Assembly (NCBI GenBank): GCA_001804865.1
Contig: MHBK01000045.1
Coordinates: 43,946-107,945, forward strand
DNA: 64,000 nucleotides
Source of the DNA: Lentisphaerae bacterium GWF2_57_35
Lineage (GTDB): Bacteria; Verrucomicrobiota; Kiritimatiellia; CAIQIC01; GWF2-57-35
Reading direction: 5' to 3'
Part shown: positions 17,478 to 29,900 of the stretch, piece by piece
Layout of the letters: every line of letters starts with the position of its first letter
How positions within the stretch are numbered: the stretch's first letter is position 1
Made by a program: the position numbers and the translations under genes
The notes under the pieces: model-generated
Database searches by the model: none
Told to the model about the DNA's origin: nothing
What the model saw: the letters and a program-made list of their open reading frames with translations, nothing else

Positions 17478-18818
17478 TTAGGCTTTCTTCCTGCGGCGGC
17501 GGGCGGCGAATTCCGGGGCTTCCTTCATGCAAGTGCCGAGGATGCGAAGCGATTTAAGGAAATACTTCATGCTTTCGCGGTGCAGCACGGCCGGCTCCTT
17601 GCCCACATCGCTCCAGCCTCGCGCGGACAAGTCGTTCGGTGGAATCTGGAGTTGATCCCAATTCTGAAACAAACGCCCCCAATCGCTTTGAAGGATCTCG
17701 TTGATCCGCTGCTGATGCAGGGGATACCAAAAACTGTCGTGATAGAGCACGCTGGCCATGTAGGCCCACGGAGCCAGGACTGTTTTCAACGACCATTCGA
17801 TGGGCTTTTTCAACGGCCCCCAGTAAATCAGGTGCTGCATGCGGCTGGCAAAGGTCATTTTCTTGAAGGGGCCGGTGAAATGCCAATTTTGCGCGGCGGC
17901 GTCGACATCCCCAACAATTTCAATGTCCCGTGGATCGCCGCAACCAAGGCCTTGTTCGTGAGCGAGACGGACAAATTTCAAATCCCTCATGGGATCGAAA
18001 CCCATCAGCTTGGCCGCCACCGCATCAATGGCCACCTGGTCGGAGGAAGCCAACAGGACGTTTTTAACGTGCGGAACCATGCAGCGCGGCCCGGGGCCGT
18101 CGCCGGCAAACGTTCCGTCCATGACGGCAAACACGCCGCGATGGATCTTCTTTTGGATCATCAGCAGATCGACCAGCGTCTCGTGAATAACCGGATGCGT
18201 CCAATGCCGCCGTTCGTTGAGCAATCCGCCAAAGGCATTCTTCATGGCGCCGGTCGTGGTCGTGAATACATGCGTCTTGACGGTAGGCAGATGAATGATG
18301 TTCTCGCCAATAAAGCGCTTGGGAATCATGAAGCCGTCGGGATAAACCTGGTTCAGGCAGAGGAATTTGTCGGCCAGACTGCCGATGGCGTCGCGAACAT
18401 TGATCCAATCTTCGCCTTCGTATAAGTGAACATTCCGCAGTCCGTGCGCCTGGACGACATTCAACTGCTTGTTCTCGCGCTCGCCAAGATGGGCATCGAT
18501 CACCACGGTCCGGTTGTGGCAGCCATGAATCAGGGAGGGATCATAGCCATCCCGCTTCATCGCACGGATCACCCCATCCAATTGCCAGGGGGTGGTCGAA
18601 CTGCCGGGATAAAAAAAATGCCAGCTAATGTTGATCTTAAGCGCTGTATCGCAATCCTTTGAAATCACATCCTGGTAGCCGGCCAGGTTCATCAAACGAT
18701 GGCAATCCTCCAGCAACGTGGCGGGGCTCGTCTTTAACAGGGCAACTTTTGATCTATTCATGCTTATAGAAATAGCGCAATAACCGCCCCAAAGCAAGGC
18801 GGTGGCTATGAGAATCAC
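17478..18818 (-). CDS. DUF362 domain protein
   Basis: 446-aa ORF. TVKTHVFTTTTGAMKNAFGGLL is the characteristic DUF362 core. An alternative start MNRSKV lies at ~18764. Confidence 0.65.
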   Translation of the reverse strand: MILIATALLWGGYCAISISMNRSKVALLKTSPATLLEDCHRLMNLAGYQDVISKDCDTALKINISWHFFYPGSSTTPWQLDGVIRAMKRDGYDPSLIHGCHNRTVVIDAHLGERENKQLNVVQAHGLRNVHLYEGEDWINVRDAIGSLADKFLCLNQVYPDGFMIPKRFIGENIIHLPTVKTHVFTTTTGAMKNAFGGLLNERRHWTHPVIHETLVDLLMIQKKIHRGVFAVMDGTFAGDGPGPRCMVPHVKNVLLASSDQVAIDAVAAKLMGFDPMRDLKFVRLAHEQGLGCGDPRDIEIVGDVDAAAQNWHFTGPFKKMTFASRMQHLIYWGPLKKPIEWSLKTVLAPWAYMASVLYHDSFWYPLHQQRINEILQSDWGRLFQNWDQLQIPPNDLSARGWSDVGKEPAVLHRESMKYFLKSLRILGTCMKEAPEFAARRRRKKA

Positions 18819-18989
18819 GCTTCAAAAGCTGCTCTTACGCGGTCAAGAATCGAAGCTAGACAACATTTTCATGGAATGGTATTCATATGCTCACAGAATG
18901 TACATCAAACATGTGTCCGATCTCACATAGCCAGTCGGCCATAAGGCGGAGAAACGGGCAACGAATACCGGAAGACGAGGTCTGATTGT

Positions 18990-19445
18990 ATGAATACCTT
19001 TGAACATTCCCGTTCATTCGGAATGAATGTCCCCGGCGATGCACAGTCCCTCTCCTTGATACGATTGCTCATGACTCATCTGGCCGAGACGGCAGGCTTC
19101 GCCGAAGAAGACATTGGCAAAATCGAGATTGCCGTGGACGAGGCCTGCACGAACGTGATCGAACATGCCTATGCCGCCATTTCGCCCAAACCTTCCATCC
19201 GGCTCGAAGTCGAATCGAATGCCGAGCAGCTCAGGGTGGACATCGTCGATCAGGGACAATCGTTCGACTATAATTCGTACATCCCCCCGAAATTCCCGGA
19301 TCACTGGAACGAAGGACATAAACGGGGCGTGGGCCTTTACCTGATCCGGAAATGCATGGACGACTCTTCCTATACCCGGTTGCCCGATCGAAGCAATCGG
19401 CTGCGTTTGATCAAGAAACTTTCCAAACCCGGCGATTCAAATTGA
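18990..19445 (+). CDS. RsbW-like anti-sigma regulatory factor (Ser-protein kinase, HATPase_c_2)
   Basis: 151 aa. IAVDEACTNVIEHAY...GVGLYLIRKCMD is the GHKL kinase signature of RsbW/SpoIIAB-type proteins. Confidence 0.8.
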   Translation: MNTFEHSRSFGMNVPGDAQSLSLIRLLMTHLAETAGFAEEDIGKIEIAVDEACTNVIEHAYAAISPKPSIRLEVESNAEQLRVDIVDQGQSFDYNSYIPPKFPDHWNEGHKRGVGLYLIRKCMDDSSYTRLPDRSNRLRLIKKLSKPGDSN

Positions 19446-19497
19446 GGGAGCCACGGCTGACCATCTGCCTGACGACCAGGAATAAAGGAGCTCGACC

Positions 19498-19866
19498 TTG
19501 AAAAAGAACACCCTTGCATGGGCAGGCCTGCTGACCCTGCTGACGGCTATATTCGGATGCAACTACGACGACGACGATTTCGACCATAATCCGCCGCCGG
19601 GCATGGGCTGCATCATCGTGAATAACAATACCGCCAACGATATCCGGGTTTTTGTCAACGGCATCGCCACCAACAACACGGACGATGCCGACTGGGAAGC
19701 CTACGACATGAAACCGGGCGTTTATCGCGTGGTGCTGGAAGAACGACATGGCGACCGGTCGTATCGCGACGATATCGACGTCATCGAAAACCGCCGGACG
19801 ATCCTCGACGTGACCACGGATGCGGTACGGCGCGATCGGTACGACGTCTATCTCTACTTCGATTAA
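19498..19866 (+). CDS. small lipoprotein, function unknown
   Basis: TTG start with AAAGGAG 7 nt upstream. LLTAIFGC lipobox, followed by a D-rich segment. Confidence 0.5.
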   Translation: MKKNTLAWAGLLTLLTAIFGCNYDDDDFDHNPPPGMGCIIVNNNTANDIRVFVNGIATNNTDDADWEAYDMKPGVYRVVLEERHGDRSYRDDIDVIENRRTILDVTTDAVRRDRYDVYLYFD

Positions 19867-19890
19867 CCGCGCTCGTCTGAAAGCATACCC

Positions 19891-20871
19891 ATGCCGATCG
19901 ATGGCTCAGGCCGATCCGTTCGCTATCTCCGCATCTCCCTGACCGATGCGTGCAATCTGAGCTGCCGGTACTGCATGCCGGACCAGATCGCATTCCGGCC
20001 CGCCCGGGAATTGATGACCAACGAAGAGGTGTTGCGACTGATCCAGCAATTTGCCGCGGTGGGCTTTGAAAAAATCCGGTTTACGGGCGGCGAACCGACT
20101 TTGCGGGACAACCTGTTGGGGTTGATCCAAAGCACTCGGGAGCTTGACGGCATACGGGAGGTCGTTCTCACCACCAACGGCTTGCTGCTCAAGGAGCTGG
20201 CCCGGCCGCTCGTTCATGCGGGGCTGCAACGGGTCAACATCAACCTGAATACGCTTCAGCCCAGGGTCTACCGCCGGATCACCCGCGGCGGACGCTTCAA
20301 GGAGGCCTGGGAAGGACTGCTGGCCGCCGACCGCGAGGGACTTCAAATCAAGATCAATTCCGTCATCCTGCGCGGCTACAATGACGGCAAAGACCCGGCG
20401 GAATTGGCGCGCCTTACCTTGACTCGCCCCTGGGACGTAAGATTCATCGAAGCCATGCCTTTGGGCAGCGTCGCGAGCTTCCAACAGTCGTCCCGTGTCA
20501 GCGAATCCAAAGTGCGCCGGATGGTCGTCCAGGCGCTGGGCCCCTTAACGCCCGTTCGAGACAGCCGCTCCGGCGGCCAGGTCCGCTTGTATCGCCTCCA
20601 AGGAGCGTCCGGCCGCGTGGGATTCATCAGTTCGGTAGCGCATCCCTTCTGCGATAAATGCACCCGCGCCCGCCTGACGGCCGACGGCAAAATGCGTCTT
20701 TGCCTTCTTCAGGAGGATGAAATCGATCTGCTGACCCCTCTTCGCGAAGGCGCGACGGACAAGGCCCTGCGAGAGCTGATCCGAAAAGGGCTGAAACGCA
20801 AGCCAGCCGGTCACGATCTCGCGCATCGAAAAACCCCAAGGAATCGGGTCATGTCTGAGATCGGCGGATGA
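19891..20871 (+). CDS. moaA: GTP 3',8-cyclase MoaA (radical SAM, molybdenum cofactor biosynthesis)
   Basis: YLRISLTDACNLSCRYCMP (CxxxCxxC radical-SAM cluster), GGEPTL, and a C-terminal CDKCTRARLTADGKMRLC second-cluster motif. Confidence 0.95.
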   Translation: MPIDGSGRSVRYLRISLTDACNLSCRYCMPDQIAFRPARELMTNEEVLRLIQQFAAVGFEKIRFTGGEPTLRDNLLGLIQSTRELDGIREVVLTTNGLLLKELARPLVHAGLQRVNINLNTLQPRVYRRITRGGRFKEAWEGLLAADREGLQIKINSVILRGYNDGKDPAELARLTLTRPWDVRFIEAMPLGSVASFQQSSRVSESKVRRMVVQALGPLTPVRDSRSGGQVRLYRLQGASGRVGFISSVAHPFCDKCTRARLTADGKMRLCLLQEDEIDLLTPLREGATDKALRELIRKGLKRKPAGHDLAHRKTPRNRVMSEIGG

Positions 20872-20885
20872 TCCTGCACTGAAAA

Positions 20886-20911
20886 GCGCCGGGGCAAGAT
20901 CGTCCCGGCGC
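20886..20911. terminator. GC-rich hairpin gcgccggg-(10 nt)-cccggcgc; rho-independent terminator for the minus-strand giant gene, probably bidirectional
   Basis: Perfect 8-bp stem. In the minus-strand orientation it is followed by TTTTC. It lies between the moaA stop (20871) and the giant gene stop (20938). Confidence 0.6.
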
Positions 20912-20937
20912 CATGCCTTCACCGGACCGCGACGGAA

Positions 20938-23900
20938 CTACGGGCTCATGAAGCGGGTCGGCAGCGTATAGATCAATTTGTTCGTCCAGACCCAGTCGTT
21001 GGTGTGCGTCGCAGCGATCACGATGCCGTCGTCCGGCGTGAAGCAATTATACCCCACGATGGCCCCGTTAACGCCAGACGCCTCGCGCCAGGTCATGTCG
21101 GAGGTCTTATACCAGATCCCGGCGCCGCTGACCTGTTGATTGGCCCGGTCGTATTTCAGGAGCTTATCCGAATGGCTCGGGCGCAGGCCGCCCTTGAAAC
21201 CGGACTCGAGCAAGTTCATCTGGCTGGGATGGACATTCCTGGGCAGCCCGAACGAGACCAGATTATACGCGGGACTGGCCATCGTACCGCCCTTGATCAA
21301 CTGCTCTTGCGTGTTGGTGGGAATGCGCCCAATAAACAAGGAGGTCTGGGCCGTTGCGTCTTCGGGAATTTCGATCACGACGCCTTCGTTCAGCGGCACC
21401 AGCATGTCGTCCGCATTTTCATCCCCGGATTGCCACTGCAAGGGCGACGACGACAACCAGATGGTCTGCGTCGCCGTTGCGATCGAACCCCGTTTGTGCC
21501 AGGAAACGCGCGTCGAGAGCAATTCGCTCTCGCCGCTGGGCAAATTATGCCCAAACACCCGAAACGCCGTGCAGGTGTCGGGAACGCCCGGGAAAGACAC
21601 CCAATTGAACCCGGGTTTCAAATGAATTGCTTTGAGCGCATAGATGCCTTCGCTGGCCACCCGGCGCCATTGGTTGGTCATCCACCGGTCTTTCTGGGCC
21701 GCGCGGTAAAAGCGCATATTGTTGCCCAGCATCCGCGGCGGCGAGCGGCCCGCGTCGACATCTCCCGTGTCGCAGAGCATACAGGTCACTCCGCGTCCCG
21801 CCAACTGCCATCGATTGCTCAAGGCCGCCGAGAAATCCGACGCATCCGTGTAAATCAAGTCGTACTCGCGCCCTTCCGCGGCCGTCCAGGCGATCTCGGC
21901 CCGGCCCAGATCCGTGGTGGCCACCGCGACGCCCTGCGTCACGAAGAAGCCCGAGAGCAGCACATTGTGCGGGTCGGACATCGGGCCTTCGTTGCCGGCC
22001 GCATCGACGCCGGCAATGGCCACATTATAATCTATGCCGAAGACGAAGTTGCTCAACGTGATCGCCTCGGTCAGCCGGTTGCTCAATGCGGGATTGTCCT
22101 CGAACGTGAAATGCGGGCTGTTCGTGGTCGGAGCCGTGTTGTCGTCGGTGTAATAAATCTTGTAGGACCGCCAGGGCGAGAGCGGATCGGCGCCGACGCC
22201 CCCGCCGTTGTTCGGCCGGCTCCACGTCAGATCGATTTCGGAGGTGTCGTCGAACGAGCCGGGCGCGACGACCACATTCATGATTTGCGTGGGCGCCACG
22301 CCGTCGTACATGATGACGAAGTTGGTGTTCGGGCTCTTCAGGCGGTCGCTCAACCGGTCGTCGTCGTCGTCCACCGCAAAGAACCAATTCGTCGTGATGC
22401 CGTTGGGGGCATTGGTGTAGATGACCCCGCCGATGCTCTGCACGGAGACGGTGACGGACAGATGGTCCCAGTAGCCGGTCGAAGGCATCTGCGAGTTATG
22501 CCCGCTGATGCCGCAACTCAGGCGGATGAACTCGGTGTCGGCCGTGGCATTGGTCACGGTCATGAGGGCCTGCGTCCAGACCGCCGCGTTCACGCCCACC
22601 AGCGGCGAGCCGTTATGATCGTCGTCCCATTCGTTCTCCACGATCCACGTCCGGACCGAAATGGCGTTGAAGCCTTCCGCCTTCAGGAAGCCGGCGGCGT
22701 AGTTGTTGCCGACTCCGACCCGGCTCAAGTCGCCCTTGAACCAACCGCTGAAGGAAATGAAGGGCCGCAGCCGATTGGAGTTGTTCAGATAGATATCCTG
22801 GGAGCAGAGGGTATAGCGCGGGGAGCCATCCGCCCGCGTGCCGGCCGCGATGATATGCCGCGTGGCCAGCGTCCCCTCCTGACCGCCCGCCTCGTCGGCA
22901 AAGTTCAGATAGCCTCCATCCGAGACAAACGATCTCCAGTTATTGACGGAGTCCGGATCGGCGGGAATGCTCAATTCGTCGGAGCCCACCTCAAAGCTGG
23001 CGTTGCTGATCAGGGTGGGCAGATAATTGGTTACATACGTCGCCGCCAGCGGCTCGCCGTCGATCGTCAGCGAGGGCTCGGCCGTGTTGGTCGACACGCG
23101 ATATTCCGAAATGCCCGACGCATCCAGGGACGGATCGAACGCCAGCACGAAGTGATTCACGTTGGTCCATCCATACGGCGTCATGACGATATTCGACGGC
23201 GTCGTGGGCTCGACGACATCGTCGTCAACGACCAGGAACGTGTTGGTGCTGTAAAGAATATTCGTGCTGTTCAGCGTCTGCAGCCGGTCGCTGGCGCGAT
23301 CGCTGTCCTTGTCGGTGGCAGACCATACGAACGAATACAGGCCGGTCGTCACATCCGCATAGCCCACGCCGGGCGCAGCGCGCCCGACGGTCCAAATGTT
23401 GCTCGCCCCCACCCGGTCGGTATAGGTCCAGCCCACGGCCGTGTGAACCATCGCGCCCACCGCATTGATCAGGCTGTAGTTGGCCGCGAAGTATTCGCCT
23501 TCGGTGGAGAGCGCCACTTCGCTCTCGTCCGCCAGCACCATGTTGATGTTCCACAACCCGAACCGGATGTCGCTGTCGGTCATCTGCTGGCCATTCTTGA
23601 TGTGCAATTCGCTGGCCGCGGGGGCGTTGGTGTCGTCGTCGATAATCCGCAGATAGCCGTACTGCTTATTGGTCGCGACCAGATAATCGCCGGCCCGATC
23701 GTTATCGGCGTCGTACAGCGTCGCCAGAATCCGCATGGGACCGGCCGCGATCAGGTCGTTAATCTCGGCTCCGCTCAGGGTCCACTTCCAGACGCTGGCG
23801 GCGCCGTCGCTCGTCGAGTCGGCGGTGCTGTCCGCAGCCGAGTAGTTGGCCACATTGTTTGCGGCGAAGCCTTCCACCGTCACGTTCATTTGCGTGGTCG

Positions 23901-26900
23901 CGCTCGACGCGCCCCGGGCCAGGCCGCTGTCGGGATCGTAGCCGCCGAAAAGCAAACTCAGCGAATTTGTGCCCAACTGCGAATCGAAGATCGTGAAGAC
24001 CGCGTTGGTGGACGCGTCGCTGGCCTCGATATACACCTCTCCGACTTTGACGGCCAGCGGAGGCGTCGGCCCGAACATGACGTCGTCAATCTGCAAGCCG
24101 CCGCCCTGGGCCGTGCCCGCGGAGCCCATGCCGCTGGCGGCGACGACGAGCCGCGCCCAGGCCGTGCCCACCGGCGAGGTCTTGGACAGGGAGACCTGCG
24201 TCCAGACCTCTCCGGGCGGCGTGAAGGATTGGGCCGCCGAGTCGATCATCGTGAACCCCGCGTCGAAGAACTCGATCTTCACCTCGCAGACCACCGCGGT
24301 AAACACATAAAGCCCGGGCCCGCCGCCCACCCCGTTGTCGCTCCAGAACCAGGCGGAGCCGTTCCACAGCGTTCCGTCCGGCGAGGTGTTGGCCGCTTGC
24401 TGCCAGATTCCGGCATTCGTTCCCGGCGACCAGGCGTTCAAAGACATTTCATAGGCGCCGCTGCGGGCGCGCCAGTTCTCGCGCGTGGCCGTGCCCCACC
24501 AATTGCCGCTTTCGTCCGGGAAGCCGTAATCCCAGCCGTAGGCTTTATACGCGGTCCCGCCCATCAGCTCGAAGCTGGAATTTTTCAGGCGCGTGCCGCC
24601 GCAGGAGCCCACCACGGGGGCGCTCGCGTCGTCGTCGCTGACCGCCAGCCAGCCGGCCTCCAGCACGGCGGAGGCCTGGTCCAGGTTGCGGTCGTTGTCC
24701 GCGTCGTAGACCGCCAGCGTGATCTGGTTGCTCTGCACGGGAAGCACGGAGAGCAACTCGCCGACCTGGTCGTAGGTGAAGGAGGTGTACACCCAGGTGC
24801 TCGTCGGACTGAGCAGGGCGTCCTTCGTGTGCTCGTAGGGGGAACTCCAGTCGACGGAACCCCGGAAGTTCGCCGTGTTGTTGGTGATCGTCGCGCCCAC
24901 GCTCATATGCGTGTTGGTGAGGGTGTGCCCGTTGACGTTGGCGGTGAAGGTCGTGCCCCGCTGCAAGCCCAGGATGTTGTCGCGGCCCAGGTCGTAGGTA
25001 TGGAACCGGAACTGCAATAGGTTGGTCTCCGACACGCCGGCCAACTGGCCGTCGGTAATCTGGAAAATCTGGTTGGAGCTGACGATATTGGTTTGCGGCG
25101 TCGGCGGAATCCACAGGCTGGACGCCGCGGTCTGCAGGCTTGTCCCGCCCAGCCACACCAGCAGCGAGGCGTTGGTGTTGCGCAACGTCTGCAAGGCCGG
25201 CGCGGTCGGATCGTTGTCGCGCCAGGCGATATAGCCCAGCTGCCAATCCGTCCGGCCCAGGCTGTCGTCGGGCCGGTCCGTGTCCCGGTCCGTCACCGAA
25301 ATGCTCACCCGGCTGGTCGTCTCCATCAACGCGGCAATTTGCACGTCCGAGAAGCTGGCAAACGCCCAGACGCTGGTGGCAAACAGGTTGTTGGCGTTGT
25401 CGAGCGAACTGCGGCCGGCATTATAGTTCGCATAGTTGTCCGTCACGTAATTTTCGACGCTGACGGTCATGTTCGAGCCGCCCGTCTCGCTGCTGAGGGC
25501 GCAGCCGCTCAAGTCGTAGAGGTTGAAGTGCAGTTCCACGTTCGTCGTGGCGGCATGGACCATGTGCTTGTCCGTCACGTACCAGACGCGATTGCTCTGC
25601 GAGCCGGCGCCTTGCGGAAAATCGTCGCCGACGAAGGGCGCCATCGCGCCGAACAAGTGCGCGCTGCCCGAGAGATTCGTCAGAAATTGGAAGGCAGTTC
25701 CGTACCGCGGTTCGGAAAGATCGTCGTCGAAGACCGTAAAGGACAACGGCACGTTGGTGGACTGTTCATCGCCAGGCCGATCCCAGTCGTTATCCGTAAC
25801 GGAGACCGAGCCGGTATAGGATCCCAAAGCGATGGCCGCGCGATTCACCGCCGGCAGTGCGACGGCCAACGGCATGGCCGTTTGCCCCTGCCCGTTGACG
25901 GTGGGCCCTGTCGTGAAGGCTTGGTTCGTGAAAAGTTGCGACCCGTCGGGGAAGAAGATGTTCACCCGAGGCCCCAAGGGTTCGCTAATCGACAGCAGCC
26001 CATTGCCCACATCCCGCACCAAGCCGGTGATGACACAGGTCCCCTCGGCCAAGTCGCCGTCCCCTATATAGCCCAAGCCTTTGATGGGACCAACCGTTCC
26101 TTGAAAACGCACGTTATCAATGGTCCATGGCCACTCGGCCGCGGCGTCGGCTATTCCGGCAAGACGCCATGTAGAATTTCCCGTAAAAGGAGCAGAGTCG
26201 AGGGGCTTGTTCATCGTCGCCCACAAGTCGTTGGTTGCCAGGCGAACAGGAGGATTAGTATCGACGAGAAATGCTAATCCTACTCTGAATGACCATAAAT
26301 CTACGATGGGAGTGTGATAGTCAAAAGAGACATTGGTTAAGTTCAGAGAGAACCCGGCATCCATCGCAAAGCGTCCCATAAAATAGGAAACTCCTCCTCC
26401 CCAATGCATCCACCCTGCCGAGGCTTGCGCTGCGCGACCGGGATTCCCGGCCACGCCAGTTAGGATGTCGGGAGCCCAGTCATGGAACCAAATCGGAGCG
26501 GGATCCAAGCGTTCCAACGCAAAGGTCGGGTTGGTCGTAAGCGTCTCGCTGCCGAAATCGTAAAACAGCAAGGTCCCCGACTTATACAAAGACGAACCGG
26601 ACACATCCAGCGACGAGATAACGGGCGCGGTCGTGTCGTCATCCGCAAAACTCAGCACGCCGAACTGTTGGTTGGATAAGGCCAACTGATCGGCCGGCCG
26701 ATCCGCGTCGGCATCGCGCACCGTAGCGACAATCTTGACGCTGCCCAGGGACAGCAAGGCGTTGATCTGATCCACGCTGAACGAATCGAATTCCCAAACG
26801 TTGGACGAGAGCACCGTCTTGGTTTCCTCGAAGGGACTGCTCTTGTTCGGGCAGAAATTCGCGACGTTATTCGTGCATAGGCCCTCGATGCTCAGATTCA

Positions 26901-29900
26901 TTTCCGCTGCAGGATCGGTCGTCCCGCGCAACAACCCGCTGCGTCCTCGATTGTCTGCGTCCAGAACACCTAGTCTGATGTGTAAGGGATTGGTGGATGC
27001 CACCCTGTACAAACTTTCATCAGACAGGTAAAAGATCGTGTTGGTAAACGTCTCCGTGCCGCGAATATACATCCCATCGACCGATGTAGGCACAGAAGAC
27101 GTGCCAATGCGGACATCGCACAAATCCACACTTTCCCCCACAAATGCATCGTCCCAGTAAATATAATAACCCTCAGGCCCTTCCAAGTGTGTTGGATAAT
27201 CCACAGAGTAACCAAAACAAGCCCGAACACTCTTCGTACCCGGAGGGGTATATATCGAATGAGTCAACCGCCGCCATGATGTAGTCACAATGGCCGAGAG
27301 ATCCACCTGGTTCGTAAGCAATTGATTGCCGTAATAGAGGTTGGTGCTGTCATAACATTCGAGTTTGAGATATGTGCACAGCCAGGAACACGGCGCCTCC
27401 TGGTTTCTCATGCTCATAATCGAAAACGTATACCATTTGCCCTCCGTTGCCGGGATGGGCCTCCAAATCGTTTCATAAGTCTCCGCTTCTGTATATATTC
27501 GCAAGCAATGCGCGCCCCCCCCAGGAGCCCCTCCTCCCTGCCATAGCACTCGACCTGTAGATGAGACCCAATTGGAACGCGTATGAACGGGATTGGTCGT
27601 ATAAAAGATGTCATTTATTTCAAACGATGGATTTATCAGCAGGTTCGTCGCATAGAAAGTCGGATAATTCGAATCGTCGTCAATCACATTGAACTGCAGC
27701 CAGTCGTTGAGCTGGAAGGCCCGGTCGAACGAGACTTGGTGCGCCAACCCATCGACCGTATCCCCGTAGACGCCGCGGTCGTTGTCGGCATCCTGTGAAC
27801 TGGTCTGAATCCGCCATACGCCTACCGTACGAGCTGCGAATGGAATCTGCACGTCAAACAAAGTGGTGGTCGCATACAACGATCCGTTGCCGGACAGGCT
27901 GTGAATATTCTCCGGCGAGACGAGCACGTCGGTCAATAAGTCCTCGCCGGCAGGGTTCACCAGGTCCCAGTTCAGATTGACGTTGCCGCCCGCACTGCTG
28001 TCCGCATTGGTGGCGTCGGCCACCTGATTGGTGAGAAACACGCCCGAGGGATCGAACGTCTGGTATACGATGTCAAGCCCGTCCGTCAGCGCATCGTCGT
28101 AGATGGTATTGGTATAGGTCTGGCCGGCGACGTAATTGGAGCCGGCATATATCAGCCAGGACCTGGGGCCGTTGGTGTCGTCGTCGACGACCTGCATCCG
28201 GCCGAATTGCCGGTTGACCATCCAGGCTTCATCGCCGGGCCGGTCCGCATCGGCGTCCGGGCCCGACACGCTGACAGGGAACTCTCCAGCCGTCAGCAAC
28301 TGGTGAATCTGGCCGGTCTCGGCGCCGGGCGCCGAAAGATAAGTTGCCGTGAAATAGACATGACTAAAAACGCTGGTAGCGGACGAGCCGGTGGTGTCGG
28401 CGGAACTCAGGTCCGCGCGGTAGGTGTTGTAGAGGTTCTGAAATTCGCCCAAGCCGCCCAGGTCGTAGTTCATCCATTCGCTGGCGGCGCTGCGTTGAAC
28501 GGAATTGGAGTCCCAGGCGGCGAAAACGAACTTGAACAAATCCGTCGACGCCGTCGCCGCCAGATCGCCGTCGGTGGCGACAAACAGCGCATTCGTGCCG
28601 CTGCCCGAAGTGTAGAAGCTGCGGCCGCGGTGCACGATGTCCATCGCGGCATTGGTCACCACGCGCAGGCAGGTCTGGTCGATGCTATAAGCGCCGGAAC
28701 CGCCCAGGCCTTCGGCATAGATGACCCACCGGATCCAGGCCGTGTTGGCCGGCGAGGTCGCCGTCATCGACGCCAAAGTCCACGTGGCGCCGGGATCGGC
28801 AAATTGATTGGTATAGGCGGCCAGTTGATTGACTCGGGTCCCGTCGTAGAACTCGATCTTGAGGCCATGACCCGTGTCCGTCGCATTATTGTATATCATG
28901 GCAGACGCTTCGAACACCGCCCCCGCCCCGCAGTTATTGGTCGCTTCCTGCCAGAAGCCGCCGGAATCCCCGGCGCCGGCCCATGTGCCGCAAAGCGCGC
29001 CCAATTGGTTGCCCCAGTCGGTCGGCCAGTCCCTGCGAGACGCGGAGCCCCACTTGCCGCCGTGCAGAAACGGCGACTCGCCATCGAACGAAGTGCCGAT
29101 CGTCTCCCAGTATTTGGGCGTCAAGGCATCGTTGATCGACTCCTCGAATCCGGGATTGCGCAAGAGGTTGCCGGGTTGAAGCGTTCCGGTTTCCGGGGGG
29201 AAAGGATCGTTATCCGTCACCTTCAACCACCCGACCATAAAGGCGCGCTCTATCTGGTCGCCCACTCGGTCGAAATCCGCGTCTCTCAAATAAATCCAGA
29301 CTTCGTTGCTGACGGCCGCGAGCAGATTATCCAAGGTGGCGGAACTCATACTCGTAAATTGCCAGGCATTGGTGGCATCCAGGCCGGTTGTCGTCGAGGA
29401 GCTATACGCCGCACGGAAATCGGTCACATTGCGATCCGTCACATTCTCTATCGAGATGGAGGTGTTGGTATCCGCATCCGTGGTTCCTCGAGCCAGACCG
29501 CTATACTCGTCATAGGCGGCAAAGACGAAACGCAAGGGGGTTGCTTCCGAAATTCCTACCAACTCGGCGTCCGACAGCTCGTAGACCAGCTTCCGAGCAT
29601 TCAACTGGACATTGTCAAAGATGTTGTGGCCACTGGTAGCCGCGCCCATGAGCGTACAACGAATGAAGACGGACGTGGCGCCGTTTAGCCGAGGGACGTT
29701 CGAAAAGTCGATCGTTTGAACCGACCAAGCTGTCTGGGTAGTGATCTCTTTGGGTATGGTCGTGTGGTGCGTAAAGTTGCTGCCGTCACAACTCCACGAC
29801 CATTGCTGATTGGTGGCGGCGCTTTCTGTACCCTTGAGCGCATAGCTCACCACCAAGTCCCGGTGCCCGCCCATGGATATTTCGAACTGGAAGTGCTTGT

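Noticed and set aside
17460-18425. 321-aa + strand ORF
   Set aside because: It is antisense to the DUF362 gene, which carries the KNAFGGLL hallmark. It is a shadow ORF.
21004-25020. 1338-aa ORF on the + strand
   Set aside because: It is antisense to the 19-kb minus-strand gene. The translation is Arg/Gly/Pro-rich low-complexity sequence typical of high-GC shadow ORFs. It has no signal peptide or domain features, whereas the minus-strand frame has coherent domain architecture.
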